A stretch of 64,000 nucleotides of DNA from an uncultured Gemmatimonadaceae bacterium (GCA_963740355.1 CAVUDW010000002.1:2016001-2080000), one strand, 5' to 3'; counted from the stretch's first letter, positions 40,201 to 50,109 are shown. The notes: generated by a model from the sequence alone, not told the origin. Made by a program: numbers and translations.

Positions 40201-40253
40201 GCGCCTATCCGATTCCGCGGGTCTGGTCTGTCAGTGCCCGGTTCACCTACTAA
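37218..40253 (+). CDS. SusC/RagA family TonB-dependent outer-membrane transporter
   Basis: CarboxypepD_reg-like N-domain; plug PLYIIDG..DINPADIDRIEIIRGAAAAALYGSRANNGVVQIFTK; SFVKLRE; YPIPR; GGAGG RBS. Confidence 0.95.
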   Translation: MTSLFVRRAWCAVGLLLAAPLALNAQAATGTIRGKVTEASSGRGLPDAQIQVVGTRVGALSQASGDYVMTAVPVGARVVQIRRIGFQPISRTVQVLAGGSVTVDAALSVSAINLSEVVVTGTASPTEKRRVGTSIATVDSTVVSKAQAVTVDQALQGKIAGAQISQNSGGPGGGGISVRLRGTNSFIAGSDPLYIIDGVIVDNGSAQLADLGGRSNPQNRLADINPADIDRIEIIRGAAAAALYGSRANNGVVQIFTKRGVIGKPRVTFSTRLGSNELREYQPFNFYPYDVNGLPISRFDLQKEIFRKSPSYEQNVTVEGGNDATRYFISLNNSEDQGIIRSTESRRQGARLNLQQQLSPTLIANVSTNFINTRNQFQAFGEQNDYGIMGSLFFAPTQYDFRPVNGIYPLPPALGTNPLLAIARIRNPQTINRFIGSAKLTWTPVPKLLVDYTAGLDNAAFEQRQFIPRAAVLGTGPLSTGQSQSIYQNTRVLNQDLVGSYSWNPGQTFEWKSTAGLNYTQQTINLTQAGANGLAPVGELVNAGSVKFGTQALTQLRTLGFFGQQELAAWNKLFLTAAVRYDASSTFAPAERWQAFPKFSASYVVLENRPGLLNSVRLRSALGWAGSQPGATNAYSQYVLYANSSFGGRPGFVNDVTYGNEQLKNERAREWELGTEVGGFGGRVGLEATYYDRLVSDLLFFKPLPTSTGFSRQFAPIGRMSNKGIELLMRTVNIDRQNLRWESTVTYTRNKNLVESLSILDFQSAGGYPNRIRAGEPVGVFYGSYAARNCVTGALLVDSLGRYRRSNQTADMGATLAARQALSGGTCNDSLNKVIGDPNPTWLGSILNEVTIGKKLRLRALFDGSFGNDILNLSTRAQNAGVASNSKEYERELLPYGDPRKLAPNFNGRTQGIFEYWIEDGSFVKLRELSASYTVDWAPVKKVFREGVDLTVSGRNLWVWTKYSGYDPEVTAFGTNAGGLGSVQTTAADRGIDFGAYPIPRVWSVSARFTY

Positions 40254-40272
40254 TCAGCGGAGACGCTCACCC

Positions 40273-41625
40273 ATGCGCATGATCAAGCGATGCGTGGTGG
40301 CTCTCGCCGCCACCTCACTCGGCGCCTGCAGTCTCGACTTGCAGAGCCCGAACGCACCAACGGAAAGTCAGGTCACATCGTCTCCGGAAGGTGTGATTGC
40401 CCTGGCGACCGGCCTTCAGGGGCGGTTCGCCACCTCGTATTTCAACTATGCCTACATGGCGGGGCTCGTCACCGACGAGTTTGCCGCCACCAGCGCCGCG
40501 CTGATTTCGATCAGCGATGCGGAGCAGGGACTTGCCGCTCCTGGCACGGGTATCGCCGACAACGTCTTCAACTCGATCTATCGGACCGTGCGTACGGCTG
40601 ATGAGTTGCTGGCCGGCGCCGACCGGTTGTCTGGTTCCTTCGAGGCGGGCACACGCAGTGGCCTGAAGGCACTCGCCTATACCATGAAGGCGGAAGCGTT
40701 GGGCGAAGCGCTGCAGTCCTACCAGAAGATTCCGATCAACACATACAACATCACGGCGCCGACGTACGTGTCGCGTGCCGAGGCGTTGCCGGTGGTGCGT
40801 GCGCTGCTCGACTCGGCGGCGGCGACGCTGGCTGGTACGCCGGCCAGCGCGTTCTTCACGGCGAATATCCTCACGCCGGGTGTGAGCTTGCCCAACATGA
40901 TCCAGATCTACCGAGCGCGGTATGCGCGGATGGCTGGTGATGATGCGACCGCGCTGGCGGCGGCGAATCTCGTGGCACGCACCGGTACAGCGGCCATTTC
41001 GGTCCTGACGTATCCGGCACCGGGTGTGAACCCGTGGTCAGCGGTCACGGGTGGTACGAACGGCATCGCAGTGCGCCGCAGCTATCGCACCTCGATGTTG
41101 CCGCAGGATCAGCGCTTCAATTTCTTCGTCATTCCGTCCACCACGCTCGTTGGCCGCGTTGGCGCATTGCTGGATCCATTCAGCAATCGTTTCGCGGTGG
41201 CTTCTGCCACCCAGCCGGTGTATTTCCCCGACGAAGCGCTGCTGATCAAGGCTGAAGTGCTCACCACGCAGGGCAACCTGGCTGGTGCTCAAGCGGTGCT
41301 CGATTCGGTGCGGACGGATTGCACTGGCGGCCGTGGCATCGATGATCCGAAGGCCTGCCTGCCGGCGCTCGTCGGCTCGCTGACTGCGCCGCAACTGCTG
41401 GCCGAGATCTACACGCAGCGTCGGTACGAGCTGCTCGGTACCGGATTGCGCTGGGAAGATGCCCGTCGACGCAATGCGATCCGCGGTCCGGTTGCGGCGC
41501 CGAGTGTGCCGGTCGACGGCCAGCGCTGCTGGTTGCCGTACGCGATTGGTGATCGCAATGCGAACGCCAACGTGCCTGCCGATCCCTCTGAACCGGCGGC
41601 ATTCCCCGCTGGTTGTGCATTGTGA
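40273..41625 (+). CDS. SusD/RagB family nutrient-binding lipoprotein
   Basis: Lipobox LGAC; EALLIKAE, QRRYELLGTGLRWEDARR; directly after SusC. Confidence 0.9.
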   Translation: MRMIKRCVVALAATSLGACSLDLQSPNAPTESQVTSSPEGVIALATGLQGRFATSYFNYAYMAGLVTDEFAATSAALISISDAEQGLAAPGTGIADNVFNSIYRTVRTADELLAGADRLSGSFEAGTRSGLKALAYTMKAEALGEALQSYQKIPINTYNITAPTYVSRAEALPVVRALLDSAAATLAGTPASAFFTANILTPGVSLPNMIQIYRARYARMAGDDATALAAANLVARTGTAAISVLTYPAPGVNPWSAVTGGTNGIAVRRSYRTSMLPQDQRFNFFVIPSTTLVGRVGALLDPFSNRFAVASATQPVYFPDEALLIKAEVLTTQGNLAGAQAVLDSVRTDCTGGRGIDDPKACLPALVGSLTAPQLLAEIYTQRRYELLGTGLRWEDARRRNAIRGPVAAPSVPVDGQRCWLPYAIGDRNANANVPADPSEPAAFPAGCAL

Positions 41626-41636
41626 GGATCGCTGAC

Positions 41637-42422
41637 ATGACCATTCTTTCAGCCGGAGTCTTGCGCGTGGCGCATCGTTTCAGTTTCACCGTGCTTGGTG
41701 TGGCTGCATTGCTCGCCGGATGCGGCACCAAGGACGCCACCGATCCGCTCATCCCGGGTTCGACCGGTCGCCTCCGTTTCGTGAACCTCATCACCGACAC
41801 GACGCGTGGTCGCGTGAACGCGATTCTCGAGTCGGTGCCGTTCGGCGTGAACCTCACCTACGGTGGCACCACGCCATCATCGCTGCCGTCGCCGGCGACC
41901 GCGATCTACTCGTCGATCCTGACGGGGTCGCGTTCGCTGGTGCTGAAGCGCACGATCGACACCACCGCCACCGTGGCAACATTCGCGCTGACGGTGGACA
42001 ACGCGGTGGATTACACCGTCTACGCGCTCGGTGGCGCATCCGCGTCGGCCATCACGTCGTTCGTGACGCCGGACACCAACACGGCGCCGGCCCTTGGCGC
42101 AGTGCGTGTGCGCGCGGTGCATCTGGCGCCGAGCGCGGGTAACGTCGATCTGTTCGTGACGGCGGTTGGTGCTGATCTCGCCGCTGCGACACCGGCGCTG
42201 GCGAACGTACCGTTCAAGGCCGCGGCCTACCTGTCGGTGCCGGCGGGGACGTATCAGGTGCGGGCGGTGCCGGCAGGCACGGCTCCCGCGCTTCGGTCGG
42301 CGAACGTGGCCATCAACCTCGCGTCGGTTGCGTTGCCAGCGAACGGCGCGCGGACGTTGATCGCCGCCGACAACGCTACGGGCGGCGCCCCGTACCGCTT
42401 CATCGCGCTGGTCGATCGCTGA
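41637..42422 (+). CDS. DUF4397 domain lipoprotein
   Basis: Lipobox LAGC; LRFVNL and VRVRAVHLAPSAGNVDLFV repeats. Confidence 0.82.
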   Translation: MTILSAGVLRVAHRFSFTVLGVAALLAGCGTKDATDPLIPGSTGRLRFVNLITDTTRGRVNAILESVPFGVNLTYGGTTPSSLPSPATAIYSSILTGSRSLVLKRTIDTTATVATFALTVDNAVDYTVYALGGASASAITSFVTPDTNTAPALGAVRVRAVHLAPSAGNVDLFVTAVGADLAAATPALANVPFKAAAYLSVPAGTYQVRAVPAGTAPALRSANVAINLASVALPANGARTLIAADNATGGAPYRFIALVDR

Positions 42423-42446
42423 TCACTGCGCACCGGGTGTAGTACA

Positions 42447-42478
42447 AAGGGCCGTCCGACGTCTGGGCGGCCCTTCGT
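42447..42478 (+). terminator. Hairpin after the susC-susD-DUF4397 operon
   Basis: AAGGGCCGTCC / GGGCGGCCCTT stem; weak T-tail. Confidence 0.6.
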
Positions 42479-42618
42479 GCGTGCACTGCTCCGGCGTTCC
42501 GACCCGCGTGACGGTGGCGGGACCTGTATCGTGCACCACCATGATGTGCATGCTTTCTGGGCGATCCGCGCCGAAAGATGCGGGGGCCGCAGTTCCATCC
42601 AGTGGTTAGGATTACGTC

Positions 42619-44283
42619 ATGCGACTCTCGTTGTTGATGGTTCTTTCATGCGTGGTGGCGACGCCTGGTCGTGCACATGGGCAGAGTCCTTCGGACTCGA
42701 CCATCGTCACCGGCACCGTGATTGGCGCCGACGGACGGGCGCCACGCCGCGCCGATGTGATGCTGATCCCTGTGCGTGCCACCGAGCGCGCGGTGCAGGC
42801 CCGCGTGGCGGCGAACGGCAGCTTCCGCCTTGCAATCGCCGGCGGTGGTCCATTCCGGTTGCGGGCCGCTGGTGTGGGCTATCTCGCCTTCCAGCGTTCG
42901 CTTCCCATCACCTCCGCCACCACCCTCAACGTCTCGGTGACGCTGGCTGGTTTTCCGACCGGTCTGGCCAAGGGGCCGCTGGCCGGTGTGTCGAGCGAGC
43001 GGGATGCCGAGAAGCCACGAGAGGGCATGCCACCCGCGGTGCTGCTCGCGCGGAGCGAGGGCGGACGCCGGGTTGGGGTACTCCGCGCCAAGCGCGATAC
43101 GGTTGCCTACCGCGTCGTGGACATCACCGCCCGCCTCTACCTCCCGCCTGCAGGTGCCGCCGACTTTCGCTGGGCTGAGGACGGTGAGTACGACGGGCTT
43201 GCGATTGGAAAGGCGGGACAGGATGTGCAACTCGTCTACGACTCGACTGGTGTCGCGTTCGGCGGCGAGTCTGGCTTGCGTGTGCTCGATGGCCACCCGA
43301 TCGCGCCACTGGTCGCGCAGCTGGATTCGATCTTCGCCTACGAACCCACGAGGCGATGTGTGTTGTCGATCCAGGCACCACCGGTCAATGCATCCGACGC
43401 AGTCCTGCGTGATACCACGCTGGTCGCGCGCCTCGAACTGATCCGACGATTCCTGCGGGCAGAAGGGGAATGCCAGTCGAATCCCGCCCTGGGCGCAGCG
43501 GTGGTCGCACAGTTCACGCCCGGTTCGCCGCTCTGGCATCTCGACGATGTGATGCGTCGGCGCGTGTTGCTGAACGCAGCGCGACAGGCCGCAGGACAGC
43601 CGCGCTTCAACACACCGGAAGCCACTGCCACGGTGCGGGCCTTGTTCGACGCCAGTATCGCAGCGGCGCGCGACACGTCCGATCGCTTCGACCTGTACGT
43701 CGCGGCAGCCGAGACCTTCATGCCGGCGGACACGGTCAGCGCACAGGCGTACACGGCTCGTTTCGTGGCCGAGTCGTATGCGCACCCGCGTGTGCTGCCG
43801 CTGCTCCAGCTGACGGGCTACAACCGCGTGTTGCAGCCCGGTCGACGTGTGCCCGCCTTCCGGGTGCCGTCGCTGGAGAACGCCTCCGTGATGATCAGTG
43901 ACGTCTCGATGCGCGGAAAGGTCTACCTGCTGGATGTGTGGGCCACCTGGTGCGGAGACTGCATCGTCGAGCTGCCAGCACTTCGTGCACTGCACGAGAA
44001 ATACGGCAAGCGTGGCCTGACCGTGCTCTCGGTGTCGACGGACGAAGAGAAGGGAACTGTTGACCAGTTCCGGCGGATACGTGAGCCGATGCCCTGGACA
44101 CACGCGTGGGCCGGCGTCTCGCCGCAGGGAACGGGGCCGATTGCAGGCCTCGAGGTGACGTGGTTGCCGACGACGATCCTCGTCGGCAGGGATGGTCGCA
44201 TCCTGGCGCTCGCCCCCAAGCTCGAGTCGCCGGAATTCAGCGCGCTGGTCGAACAGGCGCTGCGCGCCACCGCGTCACGATGA
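42619..44283 (+). CDS. Exported TlpA-like thioredoxin (redoxin) with N-terminal carboxypeptidase-regulatory-like domain
   Basis: RGKVYLLDVWATWCGDC, WLPTTILVGRDG; signal peptide. Confidence 0.85.
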   Translation: MRLSLLMVLSCVVATPGRAHGQSPSDSTIVTGTVIGADGRAPRRADVMLIPVRATERAVQARVAANGSFRLAIAGGGPFRLRAAGVGYLAFQRSLPITSATTLNVSVTLAGFPTGLAKGPLAGVSSERDAEKPREGMPPAVLLARSEGGRRVGVLRAKRDTVAYRVVDITARLYLPPAGAADFRWAEDGEYDGLAIGKAGQDVQLVYDSTGVAFGGESGLRVLDGHPIAPLVAQLDSIFAYEPTRRCVLSIQAPPVNASDAVLRDTTLVARLELIRRFLRAEGECQSNPALGAAVVAQFTPGSPLWHLDDVMRRRVLLNAARQAAGQPRFNTPEATATVRALFDASIAAARDTSDRFDLYVAAAETFMPADTVSAQAYTARFVAESYAHPRVLPLLQLTGYNRVLQPGRRVPAFRVPSLENASVMISDVSMRGKVYLLDVWATWCGDCIVELPALRALHEKYGKRGLTVLSVSTDEEKGTVDQFRRIREPMPWTHAWAGVSPQGTGPIAGLEVTWLPTTILVGRDGRILALAPKLESPEFSALVEQALRATASR

Positions 44284-45116
44284 TCCGGCGACGGCTCGCG
44301 CTCGGGCTGGCCTGCAGCTTGGCAGTGTGCAGCATGTCTGCACCGGCGCTCGACGCACAGCCACGTGCACTGATCGGGAATGGCACCAAGCACGCGCGGG
44401 CGACGATCGAGGCGCTTGGCGGGTCGGGTGGCACTGCGCAGGTACTGCTGACGCTGAGCGTTGACGCAGGGTGGCATGTGTCGTGGCGCAATCCCGGTGA
44501 GACTGGCCTCCCGACACGATTCGCGTGGAGCCTGCCGACTGGTGTGTCGGTCGCAAGCGTGACGTGGCCTGTGCCAGTCGTCGCGTTCACGCCGGTGGGC
44601 ACGACACACACCCTGGAAGGTGAAGTGCCCTGGTTGGTCACTTTTCGGGTCGATAGTGCGAGCGCCGTGGATCGGTTGTTGGGTTTGACTCTGCGCTATG
44701 GTGTCTGCCGGGATGTTTGCATCCCCGAACAGCTGACCGTGCAGGGCGTGTTGCCGGCGCGTGGCACTGCGCAGCGCGGGCCGGTCGCGCCAGCACTCCA
44801 GGCACGGCTGGTGCGAGATGCTGGGACGATCGCCGCTCGTCGAATCTCACCGACGGCGCTCTGCCTCGTTGGCGCGGCACTCGCGTTGCGTGATTCGTTG
44901 CCCGTCATCGTGGCGGACTCCGGCAGTGGTGCCGACGCCGCCCAGCGTCTGCAACGTCGCGGCGACTTGCAAAGTCATGTATTTGTCATGAATATTCCGA
45001 AAGAGGCCACCTTCGCGACTGGGGCCATGCTGCTGGCGGTGCGTGGTGAATCGGGTGCCAACCTGCGACTCGATTTTCATCGAGCCGCGCCCGGCTGTCG
45101 GACGGCGTCGCGGTAG
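44280..45116 (+). CDS. DsbD N-terminal-like (protein-disulfide reductase) domain protein
   Basis: GWHVSWRNPGETGLP, WPVP, VCRDVCIP; ATGA overlap with the TlpA gene. Confidence 0.82.
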   Translation: MIRRRLALGLACSLAVCSMSAPALDAQPRALIGNGTKHARATIEALGGSGGTAQVLLTLSVDAGWHVSWRNPGETGLPTRFAWSLPTGVSVASVTWPVPVVAFTPVGTTHTLEGEVPWLVTFRVDSASAVDRLLGLTLRYGVCRDVCIPEQLTVQGVLPARGTAQRGPVAPALQARLVRDAGTIAARRISPTALCLVGAALALRDSLPVIVADSGSGADAAQRLQRRGDLQSHVFVMNIPKEATFATGAMLLAVRGESGANLRLDFHRAAPGCRTASR

Positions 45117-45233
45117 GATGACGGTGCAGTGACCTGAGGCGCCAACCGATCTGTGGTGTGGCGCGTATTCTTGTGTTGCGGTGCCCAGTGAGCTGGGTAC
45201 TTCGCCTGCCTTCACCAAGACTCGGGAATCGCC

Positions 45234-48200
45234 ATGCGATCTGTTGTCCGTCTGTCTCTTCTGATTGGTGCCATGGGTACGGCGCTCGGCGCACAAGCGC
45301 CGATCGCGTCCCCGGGCGCGATCGATTCGGTGACCCTCGCTGCCATGCGCTGGCGAGCCATCGGCCCCGCCAACATGGGCGGACGCATCGCGGACGTCGA
45401 AGGCATCCCGTCGCCGTCGAAGACGTTCTACGTCGCCGCTGCCGGCGGTGGCATCTGGAAGACGACGAATGCCGGCACGACCTTCAAGCCGATCTTCGAG
45501 AATCAGCGCTGCATGTCGATGGGCGACATGGCGATTGCGCCGTCCGACACCAACACGATCTACGTCGGCACTGGTGAGCAGAATTCGCGCAACTCGATCT
45601 CGCCTGGCTGCGGCATCTTCAAGAGCACCGACGGCGGTCGCACCTGGAATTTCCTCGGCCTCAGCGAGACCGAGCATGTGGGACGCATTCAGGTGCATCC
45701 CCGCGACCCGAACACGGTCTACATGGCCGTCCTTGGTTCGGCCTGGAAGCCGAGCAAGGCGCGTGGCCTCTACAAGAGCACCGACGGCGGCAAGTCCTGG
45801 ACGATCGTGAAGTTCATCAGCGATCGCGCCGGCTTCATCGACGTGCAGCTCGATCCGACGAATCCCGACATCATCTGGGCTTCCAGCTACGAACGCATGC
45901 GCGGTCCGTACTTCCTGCAGAGCGGCGGCCCTGGCTCGGCGCTCTGGAAGTCCACCGACGCAGGCGCGACATGGACGAAAGTGACGGGCGGCGGATTCCC
46001 GGCCTCGAACCTCGGCCGCATCGAGATCGCGATCGCACGCTCGAATCCGAAGATCATGTACACGCAGGTCGAAGCCGACACGCTGCCGAATGCCGTCAAG
46101 GACGCGACCAAGAAGCCGCAGGCGAAGCTCAGTGGTCTCTATCGCAGCGAAGATGGGGGCGCGACGTGGGTGCGCACCAACACGGAAAACACGCGACCGT
46201 TCTACTACTCGCAGGTTCGCGTCGATCCGCGGAACGCCGATCGTGTGTATTGGTCGTCCACACCGGTGAAGGTGTCGGATGACGGCGGCAAGACGGCGCG
46301 CGACGCCACCGTTGGCATTCACGTCGATCACCACGCGATGTGGATCGACCCCAACGATCCCGAGCACTTCGTGGTCGGTGATGATGGTGGCGTGGCGCAG
46401 ACGTGGGACAAGGGCGGCAGCTACGATGTGATGAACACCATCAACATCGGCCAGTTCTACGCCGTCAGCTTCGACATGGCCCTCCCGTACAATGTCTGTG
46501 GCGGCTTGCAGGACAACGGCAGCTGGTGCGGTCCGAGCCGGCGTCCGCGCGGGCAGATCAGCAACGAAAGCTGGGTCTACATCAGTGGTGGCGATGGCTT
46601 CTACACGGCCAACGATCCCACCGATCCGAACATCGTCTACAGCGAGAGCCAGGGTGGCAACATCGGTCGCCTCAACATGGCCACCGGTGAGCGCACCAGC
46701 CTCGTGAAGCCGACCTGGCGTCCGCGGTACATGCAGTTCGAGGATTCCATCATCATCGAGCGCGGTGACACCACCAAGCCGGAGACGCCGGCACAGAAGC
46801 GTCGCATTGCGGCGCTCCGTGCGCAGCAGGTCTCCGACTCCACTGCATTCGACATGCGCTGGAACTGGAACACGCCGTTCTTCCTCTCACCGCACAACCC
46901 GTCGGTGTTCTATGCCGGCGCCAATCGTGTGGTGAAGTCCACCGAGCGCGGCGACGACCTCCGGGTGATCTCCCCCGACCTCACGGTGCGTGACACGATG
47001 AAGATCCGTGTCAGCACGAAGACCACCGGCGGCATCACGCTCGACGCGACCGGAGCCGAGACCTTCGGCACGATCACCGCGCTCAACGAGTCACCGATTC
47101 GTCCCGGCCTGCTGTACGCCGGCACCGATGACGGCAACGTCTGGCTGACGCGCAACGATGGCGCCACCTGGGAGAAGATTCCGGGCACGCGCTTCGCCGG
47201 CCTGCCGGCCGAGTCGTATGTCAGCCGCATCGAGCCGTCGCACCACGACTCGGCGACGTTCTACATCACGTTCGATGATCACCGTCGCGGCAACTTTACA
47301 CCCTACGTCTACGCCACGCGTGACTTTGGTGCGTCGTTCACCAGTCTCGCGGCCACGCTGCCCACGGGTGGCCCGGACTTCGTGCACGTGATCCGCGAGG
47401 ATCTCGAAAATCCTGACCTGCTCTTCCTCGGCACGGATGTGGGTGCCTTCGTCTCCACGAACCGTGGCCAGAGCTGGCAGAAGTTCATGACCGGCCTGGC
47501 GACCGTGCCGGTGCATGACCTGCAGATTCACCCGCGGGATCACGAGCTGATCGCCGCGACGCATGGTCGCGCCATCTACATCGTGGACATCGCGCCGCTG
47601 CAGCAGCTGACGCCGGCCACGCTGGCGAAGAAGGTGCACCTGTTCGCACCGCGCACGACGTACGCCATGGGGCAGGCACCTGATGCCGCCGGCAGCGCAG
47701 GTGGCGGCAATGGCCACAAGCGATTCGTCGCCAACTCACCGCAGTACGGCGCCGAGATCGCGTACCGCATCGCCGAGGCACAGCCTGGCAAGCGCGCGCA
47801 GATCGTGATCACGGATGCGGCCGGTGACACCATGCGGACGCTCAATGGCCCAGGGTCGGTCGGTGTGCACCGCGTGATCTGGGACATGCGCGGCAAGCGT
47901 CCGGCGGCCAAGCCGCTCTCGCCGGCCGAAAAGCGCGACAGCGTGAAGTCGATGGTTCGCATCGCGCAGATCTTCGACTCGCTGCAGGTATCTGGGATGG
48001 ACAGCAGTGTCGTTCGATTCGCGCGCAACGCGATGATGTCGGGTCGGACGGCAGAGTTGCTCGAACAGTTCGGTGGTGGTGGTGGTGGCGGCGGTGGTGC
48101 CGGCGCGGCGCAGGCTGCGGGCATCCCGCGGTTCGTCGACCGGCCGGGTGAAGGGGCCGCGGCCGGCGCGGGTGCTGGTCGGGGGCCAGGCGGTCGTGCC

Positions 48201-48509
48201 GGCGGGGCGGGTGCGCCGACTGGGGAAGGGGCACCCGCCGGGGCCGGCGGACCTCCGAATGCGGGCGCAATGCAGCAGATTTTTGCCGCGTTCCGGGGCA
48301 TGCAGGACGGTCCGCTGGGACGGGGCGCGCGCGGTGGCGCCGGTGGGCCGCTGGTGAAGACGGGCGAGTACCTCGTCACCTTCACCTACGGCGACGAGAA
48401 GCAGAAGCAGGTGCTGCGGGTCGAGCGCGTCGGTGGGATCACCGGTGTGCAGGGCTTCGGCGGCGAGGAAGGCGATGACGACCGCGAAGACGATGGGCAC
48501 GCTCGCTGA
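45234..48509 (+). CDS. VPS10/sortilin-like BNR-repeat beta-propeller protein
   Basis: WRAIGPANMGGRI; many S/T-x-D-G-G-x-T/S-W boxes; GGLQDNGSW; ATHGR; Gly-rich C-terminal insert. Confidence 0.9.
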   Translation: MRSVVRLSLLIGAMGTALGAQAPIASPGAIDSVTLAAMRWRAIGPANMGGRIADVEGIPSPSKTFYVAAAGGGIWKTTNAGTTFKPIFENQRCMSMGDMAIAPSDTNTIYVGTGEQNSRNSISPGCGIFKSTDGGRTWNFLGLSETEHVGRIQVHPRDPNTVYMAVLGSAWKPSKARGLYKSTDGGKSWTIVKFISDRAGFIDVQLDPTNPDIIWASSYERMRGPYFLQSGGPGSALWKSTDAGATWTKVTGGGFPASNLGRIEIAIARSNPKIMYTQVEADTLPNAVKDATKKPQAKLSGLYRSEDGGATWVRTNTENTRPFYYSQVRVDPRNADRVYWSSTPVKVSDDGGKTARDATVGIHVDHHAMWIDPNDPEHFVVGDDGGVAQTWDKGGSYDVMNTINIGQFYAVSFDMALPYNVCGGLQDNGSWCGPSRRPRGQISNESWVYISGGDGFYTANDPTDPNIVYSESQGGNIGRLNMATGERTSLVKPTWRPRYMQFEDSIIIERGDTTKPETPAQKRRIAALRAQQVSDSTAFDMRWNWNTPFFLSPHNPSVFYAGANRVVKSTERGDDLRVISPDLTVRDTMKIRVSTKTTGGITLDATGAETFGTITALNESPIRPGLLYAGTDDGNVWLTRNDGATWEKIPGTRFAGLPAESYVSRIEPSHHDSATFYITFDDHRRGNFTPYVYATRDFGASFTSLAATLPTGGPDFVHVIREDLENPDLLFLGTDVGAFVSTNRGQSWQKFMTGLATVPVHDLQIHPRDHELIAATHGRAIYIVDIAPLQQLTPATLAKKVHLFAPRTTYAMGQAPDAAGSAGGGNGHKRFVANSPQYGAEIAYRIAEAQPGKRAQIVITDAAGDTMRTLNGPGSVGVHRVIWDMRGKRPAAKPLSPAEKRDSVKSMVRIAQIFDSLQVSGMDSSVVRFARNAMMSGRTAELLEQFGGGGGGGGGAGAAQAAGIPRFVDRPGEGAAAGAGAGRGPGGRAGGAGAPTGEGAPAGAGGPPNAGAMQQIFAAFRGMQDGPLGRGARGGAGGPLVKTGEYLVTFTYGDEKQKQVLRVERVGGITGVQGFGGEEGDDDREDDGHAR

Positions 48510-48543
48510 GCGGCGCCCAGCCTACACAGCCACAGGGGTATGA

Positions 48544-49953
48544 ATGAGTGAACGACTGGTAGCCTCACCGTTGCAGGCAGGTGCATTGGCAGGCGCAGGT
48601 GGGGCACCAGAGATCGTGGATGTGAAGACCATTCGACAGGTGGTGATCGCCTCGTCGGCCGGGACCGTGATCGAGTGGTACGACTTCTTTGTGTTCGGGA
48701 CTCTGGCGCCGATCCTGGCGCCATTGTTCTTCCCGAGTTCGAGCGAGACGGCGGCATTTCTCAACACACTGGCCACGTTCGGCGCAGGCTTCGCGGTTCG
48801 ACCGCTCGGTGCCCTCGTCTTCGGGCGCATCGGCGACATGGTGGGCCGCAAGTATGCGTTCATGGTCACGCTGCTGATCATGGGGGCCGCGACCGCGGCG
48901 ATCGGCTTGTTGCCGACAGTGGCGTCGGTCGGCATCGCGGCGCCGATCATGCTGGTTGCCCTTCGGTTGATGCAGGGGCTCGCACTCGGCGGCGAATACG
49001 GGGGCGCGGCGATCTATGTCGCGGAGCACTCGCCGCCGCATCGGCGCGGGTACTTCACATCGTTCGTACAAGCGACGGCGACGCTCGGGTTACTCGTATC
49101 GCTGGTGGTGATCCTCGGCGTGCGTGCGGCGATGAGCGAGGCGGCGTTCAAGGAGTGGGGCTGGCGCATCCCGTTCCTGCTCTCGGCGTTGCTGGTGGTG
49201 ATGTCGTACTACATCCGCCGACGCATGCAGGAGTCGCCCGTCTTCCAGAAGATGAAGGCGGAAGGCACGGTGAGCCGGATGCCGATTCGCGAGGCGTTCG
49301 GCACCTGGGAGCGCTGGAAGATCTTCCTGTCGGTGCTCTTCGGTGTGGTGGCAGGGCAGGCGGTCGTGTTCTACACCGGCCAATTCTTCGCCCTCTTCTT
49401 CATCCAGAAGGTCCTCAAGCTGTCGTTGACGCAGTCGTACGTCGCGGTGGCCCTGGGGATCGTGATCGGTACACCGTTCTATCTGGTGAGTGGCGCGCTG
49501 TCGGATCGCATTGGCCGCAAGCGCATCATCATCGGCGGCCTGTTCCTCACAGCGCTGACGCTGTATCCGATCTATCGCGGGATGATGTGGGCGGGCGGTC
49601 CGATCACGGGCGTGGGTGCGGCAGCGACGGCGTTGCACCCGAACATCCCGGTGCTGGCCTTGCTGGTGGCAGCGCAGGTGTTTCTGGTGACGCTGTCGTA
49701 CGGCCCGATGGCGGCGTTCCTCGTCGAGAGTTATCCGGCGCGGATTCGCTACACCTCGATGTCCTTGCCGTACCATCTTGGCAATGGATGGTTTGGTGGC
49801 TTTACGCCACTTATTGCCGCCTCGATGGTGGCTGCCTACACCAGCCCGTATGCCGGCCTGGTGTACCCGATTGCGGTGTGCACGATCGGTGGCATCATTG
49901 GACTGATCTTCGTCCGAGAGCCGGACCCGCACCGCGCCAACGACACCGACTGA
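48544..49953 (+). CDS. MFS transporter (MHS family)
   Basis: GTVIEWYDF, RPLGALVFGRIGDMVGRK, QGLALGGEYGGA, WGWRIPFL. Confidence 0.93.
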   Translation: MSERLVASPLQAGALAGAGGAPEIVDVKTIRQVVIASSAGTVIEWYDFFVFGTLAPILAPLFFPSSSETAAFLNTLATFGAGFAVRPLGALVFGRIGDMVGRKYAFMVTLLIMGAATAAIGLLPTVASVGIAAPIMLVALRLMQGLALGGEYGGAAIYVAEHSPPHRRGYFTSFVQATATLGLLVSLVVILGVRAAMSEAAFKEWGWRIPFLLSALLVVMSYYIRRRMQESPVFQKMKAEGTVSRMPIREAFGTWERWKIFLSVLFGVVAGQAVVFYTGQFFALFFIQKVLKLSLTQSYVAVALGIVIGTPFYLVSGALSDRIGRKRIIIGGLFLTALTLYPIYRGMMWAGGPITGVGAAATALHPNIPVLALLVAAQVFLVTLSYGPMAAFLVESYPARIRYTSMSLPYHLGNGWFGGFTPLIAASMVAAYTSPYAGLVYPIAVCTIGGIIGLIFVREPDPHRANDTD

Positions 49954-50109
49954 GCGCGCCGAAGCGGGCGCTGGCCGCAGGATAGGGGTTCCGGCGGCGC
50001 TGCGTGTCCAGTGCGCAGGGAAGAGGCGTCGTCACCGGCTACGTGCCGGGAGACTCGTCGCATTTGGCGCATTTTCGATTCACGAACTCAGCGTGAACTG
50101 AACAGCGCG

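Noticed and set aside
45158..45180. Sigma-54 promoter before the VPS10 gene
   Set aside because: The TGGC and TTG elements do not have the required GG-N10-GC spacing.
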